Shown here one piece after another: positions 48,304-57,909 of a stretch of DNA of 64,000 nt (its first letter is position 1; every line of letters begins with the position of its first letter). The DNA comes from Vulcanimicrobiota bacterium. Its GTDB lineage: Bacteria > Vulcanimicrobiota > Xenobia > Xenobiales > JADMJV01. The notes under the pieces were generated by a model. It was not told the DNA's origin. It saw only the letters and a list, made by a program, of their open reading frames with translations, and ran no database searches. Where the stretch lies: positions 32,001 through 96,000 of the forward strand of contig JBFWNU010000010.1 of the NCBI GenBank assembly GCA_050250895.1, in the 5' to 3' direction. A program made the translations under genes and the position numbers.

Positions 48304-49007
48304 GAGAGCGCTTCGTGGCAGGCTCTGGCTAGTAAGTCGGCCACCCCGAGTTCGTTGGCCCAACCTTCGAGATAATCCCGGTCCAGCGTCTCTCGCGTCA
48401 TCAGGACGGTCAGAATGTCACGCCACTGCCGATCGGAGGTTTCGCCGCCCAGACGGTACCATTCCAGCTTCACCAGAACGATGTCTTCGGCAGAGGCCAC
48501 CTGGAATTGGTGAGCCCCCTGAACGACGGTCTGTTTGCGGGCAAAGCGAGACGTCTCGAAAGCCCTCTCTCGCGACACCATCAGGTCGATCTTGAAGCCC
48601 GTTTCGAGATGAATCAAGTTGGCGCAACTTCTGCGCTCCACCGCTTCGTGAAGCCCCGTCTGCCTGGCGTAGAAGTCACCTTCGAGTTGGCGACAAAGTA
48701 GCGCGACATGCTCTCGCTTGAGTCGGACCACGATGTCTACATCCTGGGTGAAACGGGGTTCACCATGAATCGTGCTGGCGATCGAGCCGCCCAGAAAATA
48801 CTCGATGCCGTGGGCCTCCAACACTCGAGTCACCAGAGATGCGATGGCGAAGGGGTCCATTTGCGCCAATTCCGAGTTCTTGGTAGCGAAGCCTGCCTGG
48901 ATCGAGGAGCGGGTGATCTCCAGTTTGCGGGCAGCCGTCAGCTTTCTCCAGATGCCGATTTGAACCGCCTGGGCTTCCGGGCTGGTGTCTAACGAAAGAG
49001 GCTTCAC
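48300..49007 (-). CDS. Nucleotidyltransferase-domain protein with a small fused N-terminal helical module
   Basis: DTSPEAQAVQIGIWRKLT..RKLE N-module, then YFLGGSIAS..HGEPRFTQDVD and KLEWYRLGG..SDRQWRD; TACACT-N6-GTG upstream. Confidence 0.78.
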   Translation of the reverse strand: MKPLSLDTSPEAQAVQIGIWRKLTAARKLEITRSSIQAGFATKNSELAQMDPFAIASLVTRVLEAHGIEYFLGGSIASTIHGEPRFTQDVDIVVRLKREHVALLCRQLEGDFYARQTGLHEAVERRSCANLIHLETGFKIDLMVSRERAFETSRFARKQTVVQGAHQFQVASAEDIVLVKLEWYRLGGETSDRQWRDILTVLMTRETLDRDYLEGWANELGVADLLARACHEALS

Positions 49008-49060
49008 CAGGCTAGTGTATGCAATCTTGGCACCCCTGCCAAGCCGTGGCGCAGGACGAA

Positions 49061-49891
49061 GTGGGCACCGACGCCGAAAGCTCGGCCATCAGCCACGTTC
49101 TCGTCAAGAAGCTTTCTATCCCACCGGGTCGCTATCGCCTCGAGTCCTACCACCTGGGTGCCAGTATCGATCTCAAAAAGCTGGCCCGCGGTCTCGAAGG
49201 CACCCTCGGTCCGGCTCGCACCCACGCCATCTTTGAAAGACCCGGGGTGGTGGTGTGGGTATTTCCCTTTGGCTCGGTGGTCATCTTGTTCCGCGAGGCC
49301 GGCGGCCAGGTCGATCCCATCCTGACCGAGGTGGCTCCCTATGTCGAAGACAAAGACGAAGTGGTCAACGACAACTATGAGGTCGAGATCGGCGGTGACG
49401 ACCGGGTCGAGTTCGGCCGCGTTACCGTGTCTTCGCCTGACAAACTGGGCGTTGCGACCTTGATGCTGGCCCAGTCGACCAGCCTCGAGCATTACGAACA
49501 ACTGGCTGACGAACTGATGGGCAAAGCCGCTCATATCACCGACTCCATGGCCGAGGGCAAACCTCCCTCGGTCAACGCCCGCGAGATGCTTCGCTTTATC
49601 GGTCTGGGTCTGGCGGCCAGACGCGAACTGGTGAGTCACCTCTCCATCCTCGATCCGCCCGAGGCCACCTGGGAAGACCTTCAAATCGAGCGACTGTATG
49701 AATCACTGCGGGTCAATTTCGACCTGCAGAGCCGCTTTCGCTCGCTGGAATACAAGCTGGGGCTGGTCAAGGAGACGGCTCAGGTGGTCATCGATCTGTC
49801 TGAGTCTCGGCGTTTCACCATTCTCGAGATCATCATCATTCTGTTGATTGCGGTGGAGATTCTTCTTTATCTGCCTTCCTTCCTCAAGTAA
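49061..49891 (+). CDS. RMD1/DUF155-family protein
   Basis: FPFGSVV, LAQSTSLEHYE, ILDPPEATWE and ILEIIIILLIAVEI motifs. Confidence 0.85.
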   Translation: MGTDAESSAISHVLVKKLSIPPGRYRLESYHLGASIDLKKLARGLEGTLGPARTHAIFERPGVVVWVFPFGSVVILFREAGGQVDPILTEVAPYVEDKDEVVNDNYEVEIGGDDRVEFGRVTVSSPDKLGVATLMLAQSTSLEHYEQLADELMGKAAHITDSMAEGKPPSVNAREMLRFIGLGLAARRELVSHLSILDPPEATWEDLQIERLYESLRVNFDLQSRFRSLEYKLGLVKETAQVVIDLSESRRFTILEIIIILLIAVEILLYLPSFLK

Positions 49892-49927
49892 TTCTCGGAC
49901 CGTCCGATAAGGGGGCCGGAGGATGAT

Positions 49928-51046
49928 ATGTGGAGTGTCTTGCGCAAACCTGACGAGGCCGAGAGCGACGAGTTCGCGGCTCTAGAGACTGCCCGTCGTG
50001 CCGACTTTCTTCAGAGGGCCGTGCGGGGGCTGATGATCCTGGTCAAGGATTTCACCTTCGACCTGTCCGAACTCCAGGCCGAGCGGGTCCGCGGCCAGAT
50101 CGACGATTTCCTCGAAAAGTTGGGTGGCGAGTATCCACTCCCTCGCCTCGAGGACCGCTACAAGACCTGCGAGTTGTCGATTCACGAGTTCGCTCAGCAC
50201 GAACGCAGCTACCTGGTTGAACGAGAGCAAGAGTTCCGCGAGATCATCGAGACCCTGTGTGACGGGCTGCTCAAAGCCGGCGCCGAGAACCGTACCTTCT
50301 GCGAATCGATGGAGCAGTATGGGCAGGAGCTAGAGCAAGCCGCCAGACTTGACGACCTGCGCAAGATCAAGCAGGTGCTCAGCACCCAGGTCGCCTCGCT
50401 CAAAAAGGACATCAAGGCCAAGCGCCGCCGTGACGCCAAAGAACTCGAGAAACTGCAGACCAAGATGGAGCGACTGCACCTGGAGTTGCGCGACGCCGTC
50501 GACGCTTCGCTGATGGACCCTTTGACCGGTGTCGGCAACCGGCGCGCCTTCGACTCCGAGTTGGCCCGCCGGCTCGAGCGAGGGGTCATCCAGTGGCGCA
50601 ACTTCGCCCTCATCATCGTCGATGTCGACAATTTCAAGAAGATCAACGATAGCTACGGCCATCTGGCCGGTGACCGCGTGCTCTCCATTCTGGGCGAGCG
50701 ATTCAAGAGCAGCGTCCGCAGCGAGGACATGGTGGCTCGCTACGGAGGAGAAGAATTAGTCATCATCCTGGAGGGAGCCAACCTGCGCGCGGCCATGCGA
50801 CGAGCCCGCGAACTGGTTCGCTCCATCGACCGGCTGAGCTTTAGTCTTGACTCGGGCCAGGAGATCACGGTGACCATCAGCGCCGGGGTCGCCGCCGCTC
50901 GGCCCGACGACAGTGCCGGTGCCTTTTTGGACCGAGCCGACCAGGCGCTCTATCTGGCCAAACAGTGGGGCAAGAATCAGGCCGTGGGCGAGCATCGGCT
51001 GCAGGGACGCTCGGCCCTGGGCGCCCTGGCCCATCTGCTGATCTGA
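49928..51046 (+). CDS. Diguanylate cyclase with coiled-coil N-terminus
   Basis: DPLTGVGNRR, DVDNFKKINDSYGH and RSED (I-site) preceding ARYGGEEL. Confidence 0.92.
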   Translation: MWSVLRKPDEAESDEFAALETARRADFLQRAVRGLMILVKDFTFDLSELQAERVRGQIDDFLEKLGGEYPLPRLEDRYKTCELSIHEFAQHERSYLVEREQEFREIIETLCDGLLKAGAENRTFCESMEQYGQELEQAARLDDLRKIKQVLSTQVASLKKDIKAKRRRDAKELEKLQTKMERLHLELRDAVDASLMDPLTGVGNRRAFDSELARRLERGVIQWRNFALIIVDVDNFKKINDSYGHLAGDRVLSILGERFKSSVRSEDMVARYGGEELVIILEGANLRAAMRRARELVRSIDRLSFSLDSGQEITVTISAGVAAARPDDSAGAFLDRADQALYLAKQWGKNQAVGEHRLQGRSALGALAHLLI

Positions 51047-51090
51047 GCCTGAAGATGAGCCGAGCGTGAGCCCTGCGTGCGCGTTCCCGC

Positions 51091-51588
51091 TTAAAGGCTC
51101 CCGCGGTCCTCGAAGCGCACGAAGTGGCCGGCGACGATGTCGAACTCGGCATACATCACTCGTGAGGCATAAGGGTCACCACGCGGTCCCACCAGGCCGA
51201 TGGTCGTGATGCGGTAAAGTCCATAGCGGACCGGGTTGTCGTCGCCTTGCACGAAGACCTCGCGCTCGAGCTGGTAGTCGACAAAGACGGTGTAGCCGAG
51301 CTGATCGGCCGGAGGAGTGGCGTTGGGGTCGCGCAGATCCTCGGCGTAGCTAAAGATGAACTGGTTCTTGTCCTTATTGCGCTTGGGGGGAAAGCGCACA
51401 TCCTTGGCCAGTTTGACCCGGGCGTCTTCCATTCCGGCCAGCGCCAGGGCTTTGGCCTGGCTGGCCTGCACTACTCGCTGCGAAGATCGGTATTTGGCCG
51501 CCTGGCTGCCGAGCAAGCCGAGCCCCGCCACCAGCACCACGGCCAGGATCAGCAGGCACATGACCAGCATGAAGCCTTTCTTCTTCAA
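51091..51588 (-). CDS. PilX-like minor pilin
   Basis: (M)KKKG-FMLVMCLLIL lacking E5; AKALALAGMEDA helix; TTG start overlaps the upstream TGA. Confidence 0.78.
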   Translation of the reverse strand: MKKKGFMLVMCLLILAVVLVAGLGLLGSQAAKYRSSQRVVQASQAKALALAGMEDARVKLAKDVRFPPKRNKDKNQFIFSYAEDLRDPNATPPADQLGYTVFVDYQLEREVFVQGDDNPVRYGLYRITTIGLVGPRGDPYASRVMYAEFDIVAGHFVRFEDRGSL

Positions 51589-52163
51589 GGGTACACTCCC
51601 ATGCAGGTGACCGTCGAGGTCACGCTGAGGACCGGGCCGTTGGGCGGCGCCACCCCGATGGAAAGGTCGATGATGCCGGGTTGCTCGGCGGCGGCCGGCT
51701 GGCTCGAGGTCAGGCCTACGATGCCCTCTACGACCAGATGTTGCGACCCTCCGTTGATGGAGCGGAAAAGGTTGTTGCCGTTGGACCAGTAGCGAATCTG
51801 CAGTCGCGAGCCGGCCGGATAGGGGTAGCCTCCGGGGATGGTCGGTGTCCACAATGGCGGAGGGTCGGCGGGCGGAACCGGCAGGAGGGCCTCGTCGAAC
51901 GGCTGGGTGGGGTCGATCTTGGTGAAGGTGATGCCGGTTCCCAGGGCGTCGATACTGATGGCCTCGCGTAGCTCACAGCTTACCCGGTCGAGCGCCTGCT
52001 GGGCCGCGATATAAGAGCGCTCGCGCATTTCGCTGTAGCGTAGAACCCGGTTGGCCCCCCCCAGGAGGTTAGCCATAATCCCCAGCACCAATCCCACCAG
52101 AAAGACCGTGATGATGACTTCGGCTAGGGAAAAGCCTAGAACAGAGTGAGGACGGGTGACCAT
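51585..52163 (-). CDS. PilW-like minor pilin
   Basis: LG-FSLAEVIITVFLVGLVLG prepilin motif. Confidence 0.82.
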   Translation of the reverse strand: MVTRPHSVLGFSLAEVIITVFLVGLVLGIMANLLGGANRVLRYSEMRERSYIAAQQALDRVSCELREAISIDALGTGITFTKIDPTQPFDEALLPVPPADPPPLWTPTIPGGYPYPAGSRLQIRYWSNGNNLFRSINGGSQHLVVEGIVGLTSSQPAAAEQPGIIDLSIGVAPPNGPVLSVTSTVTCMGVYP

Positions 52164-53002
52164 TTCACCACCTCCTCTCCACCGATGCGGGCGCGTACAC
52201 CGACCCTGACTTTGCCGGGGGCGGTGGTCACCGAGGCCGGGTTGGTCGGGTCGTACTGGACCTCATTCTTGAAAGTGGCGGTGTTCGAGGCGGCGGGGTC
52301 GTAGTCGAGGGTCCCGTTGGCCGTTCCGTCGGCTTCGATGTACCAGGTGAAACTGGCGTCCTCGACTGGCTGACCGGTGGTGTCGCTCAGGGTCACCTGG
52401 AAGTCGCGGGTCGAGCCCGGAGCCAGATCGGTAAGGGCCGGCAGCATGACGAGGTTCATGGAGGAAGGATCGGGTAGGATCCGGCGGACGGGGTCGCCCA
52501 CCAGGCTCACCAGCGCCATGCGCTGGGTCACGGACGGACCCCAGGTGACCGTGACTTCGATTCGGCGGGTCGAGCCGTCAAAGCTCTTGATAGGGTCGGC
52601 GGCGGTCGGAGGGTCGACCAGGGTCTCGTCGTCCTGAGCCGAGAAGCGGACCGACTCGAACTGCGACGACGGTGCGAAAAGCTGGTGGCGGGTGGCCGCC
52701 ACCGTGACGCTGTAGTTGGGATAGTCGGCGTCGGTGGTGGTGACACCATCGTACGTGGCCCAGGAGGCGTCGTCGGCGAATCGAGCGGTGCCGCCGGTGC
52801 CGTGGGTGCGGCGCGACCATGAGCGGATCTCTTCGAGCTTGCGCTCGGCCACCAGGACGGCGATGTGCTTTTCTTCGACCACGCGGGAGTGGCGCAGGGC
52901 GGTATGATATAGCGCTGCGATGACGATGAAGCCCGCCGTCAGCAAGAAAATCGCGATGATCGTCTCGAGTAGCGCCAGGGCTCGGTGGGGGCGCACGATC
53001 AT
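52136..53002 (-). CDS. PilV-like minor pilin with C-terminal Ig-like segment
   Basis: HRA-LALLETIIAIFLL; AERKLEEIR helix. Confidence 0.78.
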   Translation of the reverse strand: MIVRPHRALALLETIIAIFLLTAGFIVIAALYHTALRHSRVVEEKHIAVLVAERKLEEIRSWSRRTHGTGGTARFADDASWATYDGVTTTDADYPNYSVTVAATRHQLFAPSSQFESVRFSAQDDETLVDPPTAADPIKSFDGSTRRIEVTVTWGPSVTQRMALVSLVGDPVRRILPDPSSMNLVMLPALTDLAPGSTRDFQVTLSDTTGQPVEDASFTWYIEADGTANGTLDYDPAASNTATFKNEVQYDPTNPASVTTAPGKVRVGVRARIGGEEVVKWSPVLTLF

Positions 53003-55077
53003 GGTAGCGGCGTTCTCTGACGAATCCAGTTCGGGTTTCGATTGTTACCGGTGGTGGTGAGTTGAATCATGCCGGTGCGCGGGTTCCAGTTGGTGGCGTC
53101 GCAGATGAAAAGCTGCCACGTGCCGGACTGGTCGGTGCAATACAGCACCTTGTCGCCGCGGGGCGAGACCGAGACCAGGGCGTCGTTAATACCAGTCGAG
53201 GTCGATTTGTCGGCGGGACCAGACACCTGGGGTCCCGTGGCCGGGTCAACGCCCGAGAGCGGCAATCGCGCCAGATACGGGTTGGTGATGTTGCCGACCA
53301 CGAAGTAGATGTAGTTGCCCTGCAAGGACATGGTCGCGGCTTTCACCTTTTCGTCTGGCGGGGTCGGAATGGGGTCGATGATTTCCAGGGGCATCTTGAC
53401 CGGCGTAATCGCGCTGGTGGCGGGGTTGAAGTCGATGCGGTAGCAGTAGATTTTGAGCGTGTTAAAGTCGTCGAAAAAGACGAACTTGCCGTTGTGGCTC
53501 CAGCCTACCCGACCCATATTACAGGGCGCGGCGTCGGCGACCTTGGTAGGGTTCGAGCCATCGGTGCTGCAGACGAAGACCTCGGCGCCTCGTCGATAGG
53601 CGATCATCTGGCCGGTGGGGTTGATCTGGGCCTCGTCCACGGCGCCGATGGGCAACAACGTCTCTTGACTGGTGTCGGTTTGCATGATGAACAAGGCGCC
53701 GCTGCGGATAAAGCAAACCTGGCGTCCGTCGGCCGAGGCCGAGGGGAAGACTTCGTCTTGCGGAGAATTGACCAACTCTTCTTCGTGGGTGCCGTCGGCC
53801 CACATGGAGAAGATATCCCAGTTGCCGTTGCGGTCGGACTGGAAGATGATCTCGCCGGGGGGGCTGACGATGACTCGGGGGGGCGGGCCGCTGATGGCGG
53901 CGTGTACGGTGGCGGCGGCGTCGGTCACATCGAGGGCCAGGGAATACTCGTCACCCGGGTTGGCCGTGGTCGGGGGCGTCCAGGTCCAAACCGAGCGCCA
54001 CAGGTCTTCTTCTCCGGCGTCGACCACGCCATCGCTGTCGCGGTCATACCAAGGGTAGAAAGTCATGCGCTCGCGGGCCACCGCTCCGGGGGCCGGCGGC
54101 GGAACCGAGAACCGGCCTTTGAAGGCCGCGCCGGGTTGAGTCAGGGGGTTGTCGTCCCAGCCCGTATAGAGTTGGATACCGTCGGGGGCTCGGGCGAAGA
54201 CCTCGAAGGTCAAATACTCGCCATAGCTGAGGGTGTAGACATCGGGGGGATTGTCAGGGTCGGGGTCAGGAGTGATTCGGGTGTCGACGATCTGGGGCAC
54301 CAGGGGCAGCGCGCCAGGCGCCAGCACCGGCGGATTGGTAAGCCCGCCGATGAAGCGCGACGAACCGATGGCCACGCCAGCGCCCGAATAACCCACCAGT
54401 CCGGGCGAGACCGTCACCGACCCGCTGGCGTCTAGAGTTACCGTGTAGCATTCGCCGGCGGCGCTCAGAGCGCGATAGGCCGGGGGAGTGCTCATGAAGC
54501 TGGTTCCGCCGCCGGGAGCGGCGGCTGGGTTCGAGACGGTGCCGGCCGCCACCAGGATGTGATAGGCCTGATCGAAGGCCGGCAGGTCATTAGAGACGAC
54601 CTGCCCGTTGGGAGTGAACACGAAATGATAGTCGCTGCTATAGGCTGCTGGCAGCCAGTCGTCGAGGTACTGGGCCCAGGCCGTCGCTTTCGAGCCGGGC
54701 AGGGAGGCATTCTTGATGGTGGCGCTGGTAGTGGGCCAGGTGCCCACGAAGATTTGGGTGCCCGGGTATTCGGTGTCGTAGCGAACCGACCGGGAGACAT
54801 GGGGGGCGGCCTCTCCGTCGAGGGAATAGAACGAGGCAGCGGCGGGGCTGGGAATCGAGACCGAGATGGCCCGCTGTTGGGCGATGGCTTGCTGGCGAAC
54901 CTGTCGCAGTTCGGCCGCCAGCACCGTGGCCAGGGCGCGGGCGTTGCCTCTTCCGAGAGTAGGTCGCATGGCCAACAAGCCCAGGCCGGCGATGACGGAT
55001 AACAGGGCGATACCAATGAGTATTTCTATGAGGGTAAACCCCGCGCCCCGTCGGTGAGTCTTGAGCATGCTTCCCAT
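52999..55077 (-). CDS. FimU/GspH-like pilin fused to a TolB/PD40-like beta-propeller
   Basis: AG-FTLIEILIGIALL; ELRQVRQQAI; FVFTPNG; IIFQSDRNGNWDIFSM, VSVSPRGDKV and QLTTTGNNRNPNW motifs; start 55077 or 55068. Confidence 0.82.
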   Translation of the reverse strand: MGSMLKTHRRGAGFTLIEILIGIALLSVIAGLGLLAMRPTLGRGNARALATVLAAELRQVRQQAIAQQRAISVSIPSPAAASFYSLDGEAAPHVSRSVRYDTEYPGTQIFVGTWPTTSATIKNASLPGSKATAWAQYLDDWLPAAYSSDYHFVFTPNGQVVSNDLPAFDQAYHILVAAGTVSNPAAAPGGGTSFMSTPPAYRALSAAGECYTVTLDASGSVTVSPGLVGYSGAGVAIGSSRFIGGLTNPPVLAPGALPLVPQIVDTRITPDPDPDNPPDVYTLSYGEYLTFEVFARAPDGIQLYTGWDDNPLTQPGAAFKGRFSVPPPAPGAVARERMTFYPWYDRDSDGVVDAGEEDLWRSVWTWTPPTTANPGDEYSLALDVTDAAATVHAAISGPPPRVIVSPPGEIIFQSDRNGNWDIFSMWADGTHEEELVNSPQDEVFPSASADGRQVCFIRSGALFIMQTDTSQETLLPIGAVDEAQINPTGQMIAYRRGAEVFVCSTDGSNPTKVADAAPCNMGRVGWSHNGKFVFFDDFNTLKIYCYRIDFNPATSAITPVKMPLEIIDPIPTPPDEKVKAATMSLQGNYIYFVVGNITNPYLARLPLSGVDPATGPQVSGPADKSTSTGINDALVSVSPRGDKVLYCTDQSGTWQLFICDATNWNPRTGMIQLTTTGNNRNPNWIRQRTPLP

Positions 55078-55084
55078 CCCGCTT

Positions 55085-55109
55085 TTACAAATCTGTTACA
55101 ATAGTAGCA
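55085..55109 (-). promoter_or_regulatory. Extended -10 (TG-C-TACTAT) followed by a TTGTAA direct repeat with 11-bp period
   Basis: Plus strand has TTACAA at 55085-55090 and 55096-55101 and ATAGTA at 55101-55106. Confidence 0.45.
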
Positions 55110-55220
55110 GGCCTCTGGCCGGGCTACAAGTTCTGGGCACCTTATCAAGCGAAAATTGCTCAAAACTTGGAATGGACCGCCCCAAGTTTCAGCGCTGTAT
55201 CCGGAATGTGATCAGTTTGG

Positions 55221-56177
55221 TTGCGGGAATCCGGTAACACCCCGGCAAAATTGGCGCCCGTGTCGAAGTCTTCGGGAAAAGGTCCCTGGTTGTCGCTCAT
55301 CGTGGGCGTGGCCGCCGTTTCTTCAGCGGCTGTGCTGATCAAGCTGTGTCGGGTGCCCGCCCTGACCATCGCCGCCTATCGCCTGGGCCTTTCCGCTCCG
55401 GTCTTCTGGTTGCTGTGCTGGCCTAAAGGGGCTCCCTGGAAGGGCCTCAGTCTTGCCGAGTTGCGCCTGGTCGTGGTGAGCGGCTTCTGTTTGGGGATGC
55501 ACTTCGCCACCTGGATCGCCTCCCTGGATTACACCTCGGTGGCCAGTTCGGTGGTGCTGGTCACTCTCAACCCGGTGTTCGTGGGCCTGGGAACCGTGCT
55601 CTTCTTGCGTGAGCCGGTTTCGCCGCGACTGTGGGTCGGCACGGCGCTCGCCGCTGGCGGCAGCCTGGTCATCGCCCTGTCGGATCGCAGCGGAGGGGGC
55701 GCCAATCCCCTCCTGGGTGATGCCCTGGCCCTGGTCGGAGCCGTCTGCATGTCGGCCTACATGCTGTTGGGTCGAAGCCTCCGCGACCGCCTCGACACGC
55801 TGGCCTACGTGGCTCTGGTATACGGGGTGGCGGCGGTGGTGCTGATGGCAGGCTGCCTGCTCACCGCCAGCCCGATGGCTGGCTTTCGCCCGTTTGACTG
55901 GTTGCTCTTGCTGGCGCTGGCAGCCATTCCTCAGGCCGTGGGCCACACCCTGATCAACTGGTCGCTGCGGGCGCTTGGGGCCACCGTGGTGGCGGTCGCC
56001 ATTTTGGGCGAACCCATCGGAGCCGGCCTGTTGGCCTATCAGTTTCTGGGCGAACCGGTTGGGCCGCTCCAGCTGGTGGGCTGCGCCTTCATTTTGGTCG
56101 GGGTGGCGATCGCTGCCAAAACAAGCCTTCCTCGTCAGAAGGGAGGCGAGCGAGAGGCTGGGAACTTTTCGGCATGA
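55221..56177 (+). CDS. DMT/EamA-family transporter
   Basis: About ten TM helices; HFATWIASLDYTSVA, GDALAL and GHTLINWSL motifs; start uncertain. Confidence 0.92.
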   Translation: MRESGNTPAKLAPVSKSSGKGPWLSLIVGVAAVSSAAVLIKLCRVPALTIAAYRLGLSAPVFWLLCWPKGAPWKGLSLAELRLVVVSGFCLGMHFATWIASLDYTSVASSVVLVTLNPVFVGLGTVLFLREPVSPRLWVGTALAAGGSLVIALSDRSGGGANPLLGDALALVGAVCMSAYMLLGRSLRDRLDTLAYVALVYGVAAVVLMAGCLLTASPMAGFRPFDWLLLLALAAIPQAVGHTLINWSLRALGATVVAVAILGEPIGAGLLAYQFLGEPVGPLQLVGCAFILVGVAIAAKTSLPRQKGGEREAGNFSA

Positions 56178-56728
56178 AAGCGTATGTGGCCGGCCTTCTA
56201 GGGCTGGCGCTCTGTTGGACGAGCGGTTGCGCGCGACACCTCGAGCGGGCCGACACCCCTCCGCTGGTGGCCAAAGCCTCACCCCGAGCGGAATCGGGTC
56301 CCACCTGCGTCGGAGACCTCTGCCTCGAGGACCCCGCCGAAGAGGTCTTGCGGGCTCTGGGCCAACCGGCCTCCAAGACCGAGCCGGTGCTCGAGGCAGC
56401 TACCGGAGAGACCATTGAGGATTGGCTCTATCCCCCACGAGGCTTGTCCCTGACCATGGCCAACTCCGAGGACCGCCCCGGCCAGCGTCTTTATCGACTG
56501 AGCTTGAGTGCTCCCTGTGATTGGTCGGCCTACGGTGGGATCCGTATCGGTGAAGGTCGTCAGAAAGTGGCTTCGATGCTGGCCAGCCTGAAAGGACGCG
56601 AGGGGGTCTCGGTGGACGAGTCCGAGCAAGCCGTCGGCGTGCTCTGGGAGGACAGCTATACTCAACTGACCGTCATTTTCGAGTCTGACAAGGTTCACCA
56701 GATCTATCTCGGCCCGGGCCCCGAGTGA
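56174..56728 (+). CDS. Hypothetical lipoprotein
   Basis: Signal peptide with TSGC lipobox; ATGA overlap with the upstream gene. Confidence 0.7.
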   Translation: MKAYVAGLLGLALCWTSGCARHLERADTPPLVAKASPRAESGPTCVGDLCLEDPAEEVLRALGQPASKTEPVLEAATGETIEDWLYPPRGLSLTMANSEDRPGQRLYRLSLSAPCDWSAYGGIRIGEGRQKVASMLASLKGREGVSVDESEQAVGVLWEDSYTQLTVIFESDKVHQIYLGPGPE

Positions 56729-56766
56729 AGGATTGACTCCGACGGCGACGGGGAAGAACTCCACTT

Positions 56767-57315
56767 ATGAAGAAGATCATACTCGGTATCCTGCTCCTGG
56801 TGGGACTGGTGGTGGGCTCGGTGGTGGTGGCGGCCTTGATGCAGCCGCCCGAATATCACGTCGAACGGTCGATAAAGATCGCCGCGCCTCCAGCCGAGGT
56901 CTATGCCGTGATCGCTGACCTGGACCGTTACGGAGAGTGGTCCCCCTGGGAGAGCCTCGACCCTAAAATGAAAAAGACCATCCAGGGCGAGCCCGGTCAG
57001 GTCGGAACCAGCTATGCCTGGTCGGGCAATAGCAAGGTGGGCGAAGGCAAGATGACCATTCGCCAGGCGATCGAAGGCGAGCGTATCGATCTCGACCTGG
57101 AGTTTCTCAAGCCCTTTGCCTCGAGCTGCCAGGTAGCCTGGGTGCTGGCCCCCGACGGAGAGGGCACCCGCATGACCTGGAGCATGGACGGACGCAACGA
57201 CGGCCTTGTTCCCCGGGTTTTCGGGCTACTCATGGATATGGACGGGATGATTGGCAAGGACTTTCAATCCGGCCTCGAGCGCCTCAAGACGATCTGCGAG
57301 CAGCCTAGAGCTTGA
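56767..57315 (+). CDS. SRPBCC/polyketide-cyclase-like protein
   Basis: VERSIKIAAPPAEVY, WSPW..LDP and IGKDFQSGLERLK motifs. Confidence 0.92.
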   Translation: MKKIILGILLLVGLVVGSVVVAALMQPPEYHVERSIKIAAPPAEVYAVIADLDRYGEWSPWESLDPKMKKTIQGEPGQVGTSYAWSGNSKVGEGKMTIRQAIEGERIDLDLEFLKPFASSCQVAWVLAPDGEGTRMTWSMDGRNDGLVPRVFGLLMDMDGMIGKDFQSGLERLKTICEQPRA

Positions 57316-57802
57316 GCGAGTCGAGGAAGTGCGTGGTATCGGCGGCGCTGGCCATCGCATCGAGGACCACCAGCTGGTGCTCTACCATCACCAGCAGAGC
57401 TTTCCCCTGGCGGGCTTGCTTCTTGTAGGCCAGGCGGCGGGCTTTGTGCCCCTGATACTCCACGTCGGCGCGCGAGGTCTGGACGCCCCCCGACTCGCGT
57501 AGAAAGGCTTCCGTGGCCTGGTCGAGGATGGCCCCGGTCCCGCCGGCGAAGAGGATGGCAGTGCCAGGGAGTTCGGTGGAACTAAGGGTGAAGCTGCCCC
57601 GCTTGTTGTCGACCTGATACCGTTTTTCGATGACCGAACCGGCCGGAGTGTCGGTTTTGTGCTGACTGAGCACCGGATGGCCAGGCATGCTGGCTTGAAA
57701 GCGAGCTTCTTTGACGACTTGCCAGACAGACTGTGCACTGACGGCTGACACGACGAGAGCGAACAGGCTTAGCCCGAGTAGGCCACGACAGAGACGGTTC
57801 AT
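57305..57802 (-). CDS. Exported hypothetical protein
   Basis: Signal peptide MNRLCRGLLGLSLFALVVSAVSA; TG-C-TATGGT-N6-ATG upstream. Confidence 0.7.
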   Translation of the reverse strand: MNRLCRGLLGLSLFALVVSAVSAQSVWQVVKEARFQASMPGHPVLSQHKTDTPAGSVIEKRYQVDNKRGSFTLSSTELPGTAILFAGGTGAILDQATEAFLRESGGVQTSRADVEYQGHKARRLAYKKQARQGKALLVMVEHQLVVLDAMASAADTTHFLDSLKL

Positions 57803-57909
57803 GGTCCAACCATAGCAGAGCGCGGCGGCTGGACACGTCATCCCCGTCGCCCCCACGGGGGCATCCCACGGGATAGAGAATCTCACTCAAGCCGGGGCGG
57901 CGGCCAGGA

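Noticed and set aside
43210-49007. Integrative element carrying the ars operon
   Set aside because: There is no integrase, transposase or tRNA, and the 17-bp repeat encloses only one gene.
50740-50760. Inactive diguanylate cyclase because of GGEEL
   Set aside because: The GG(D/E)E residues and upstream metal- and substrate-binding motifs are intact; the F-to-L change alone is not evidence of inactivity.
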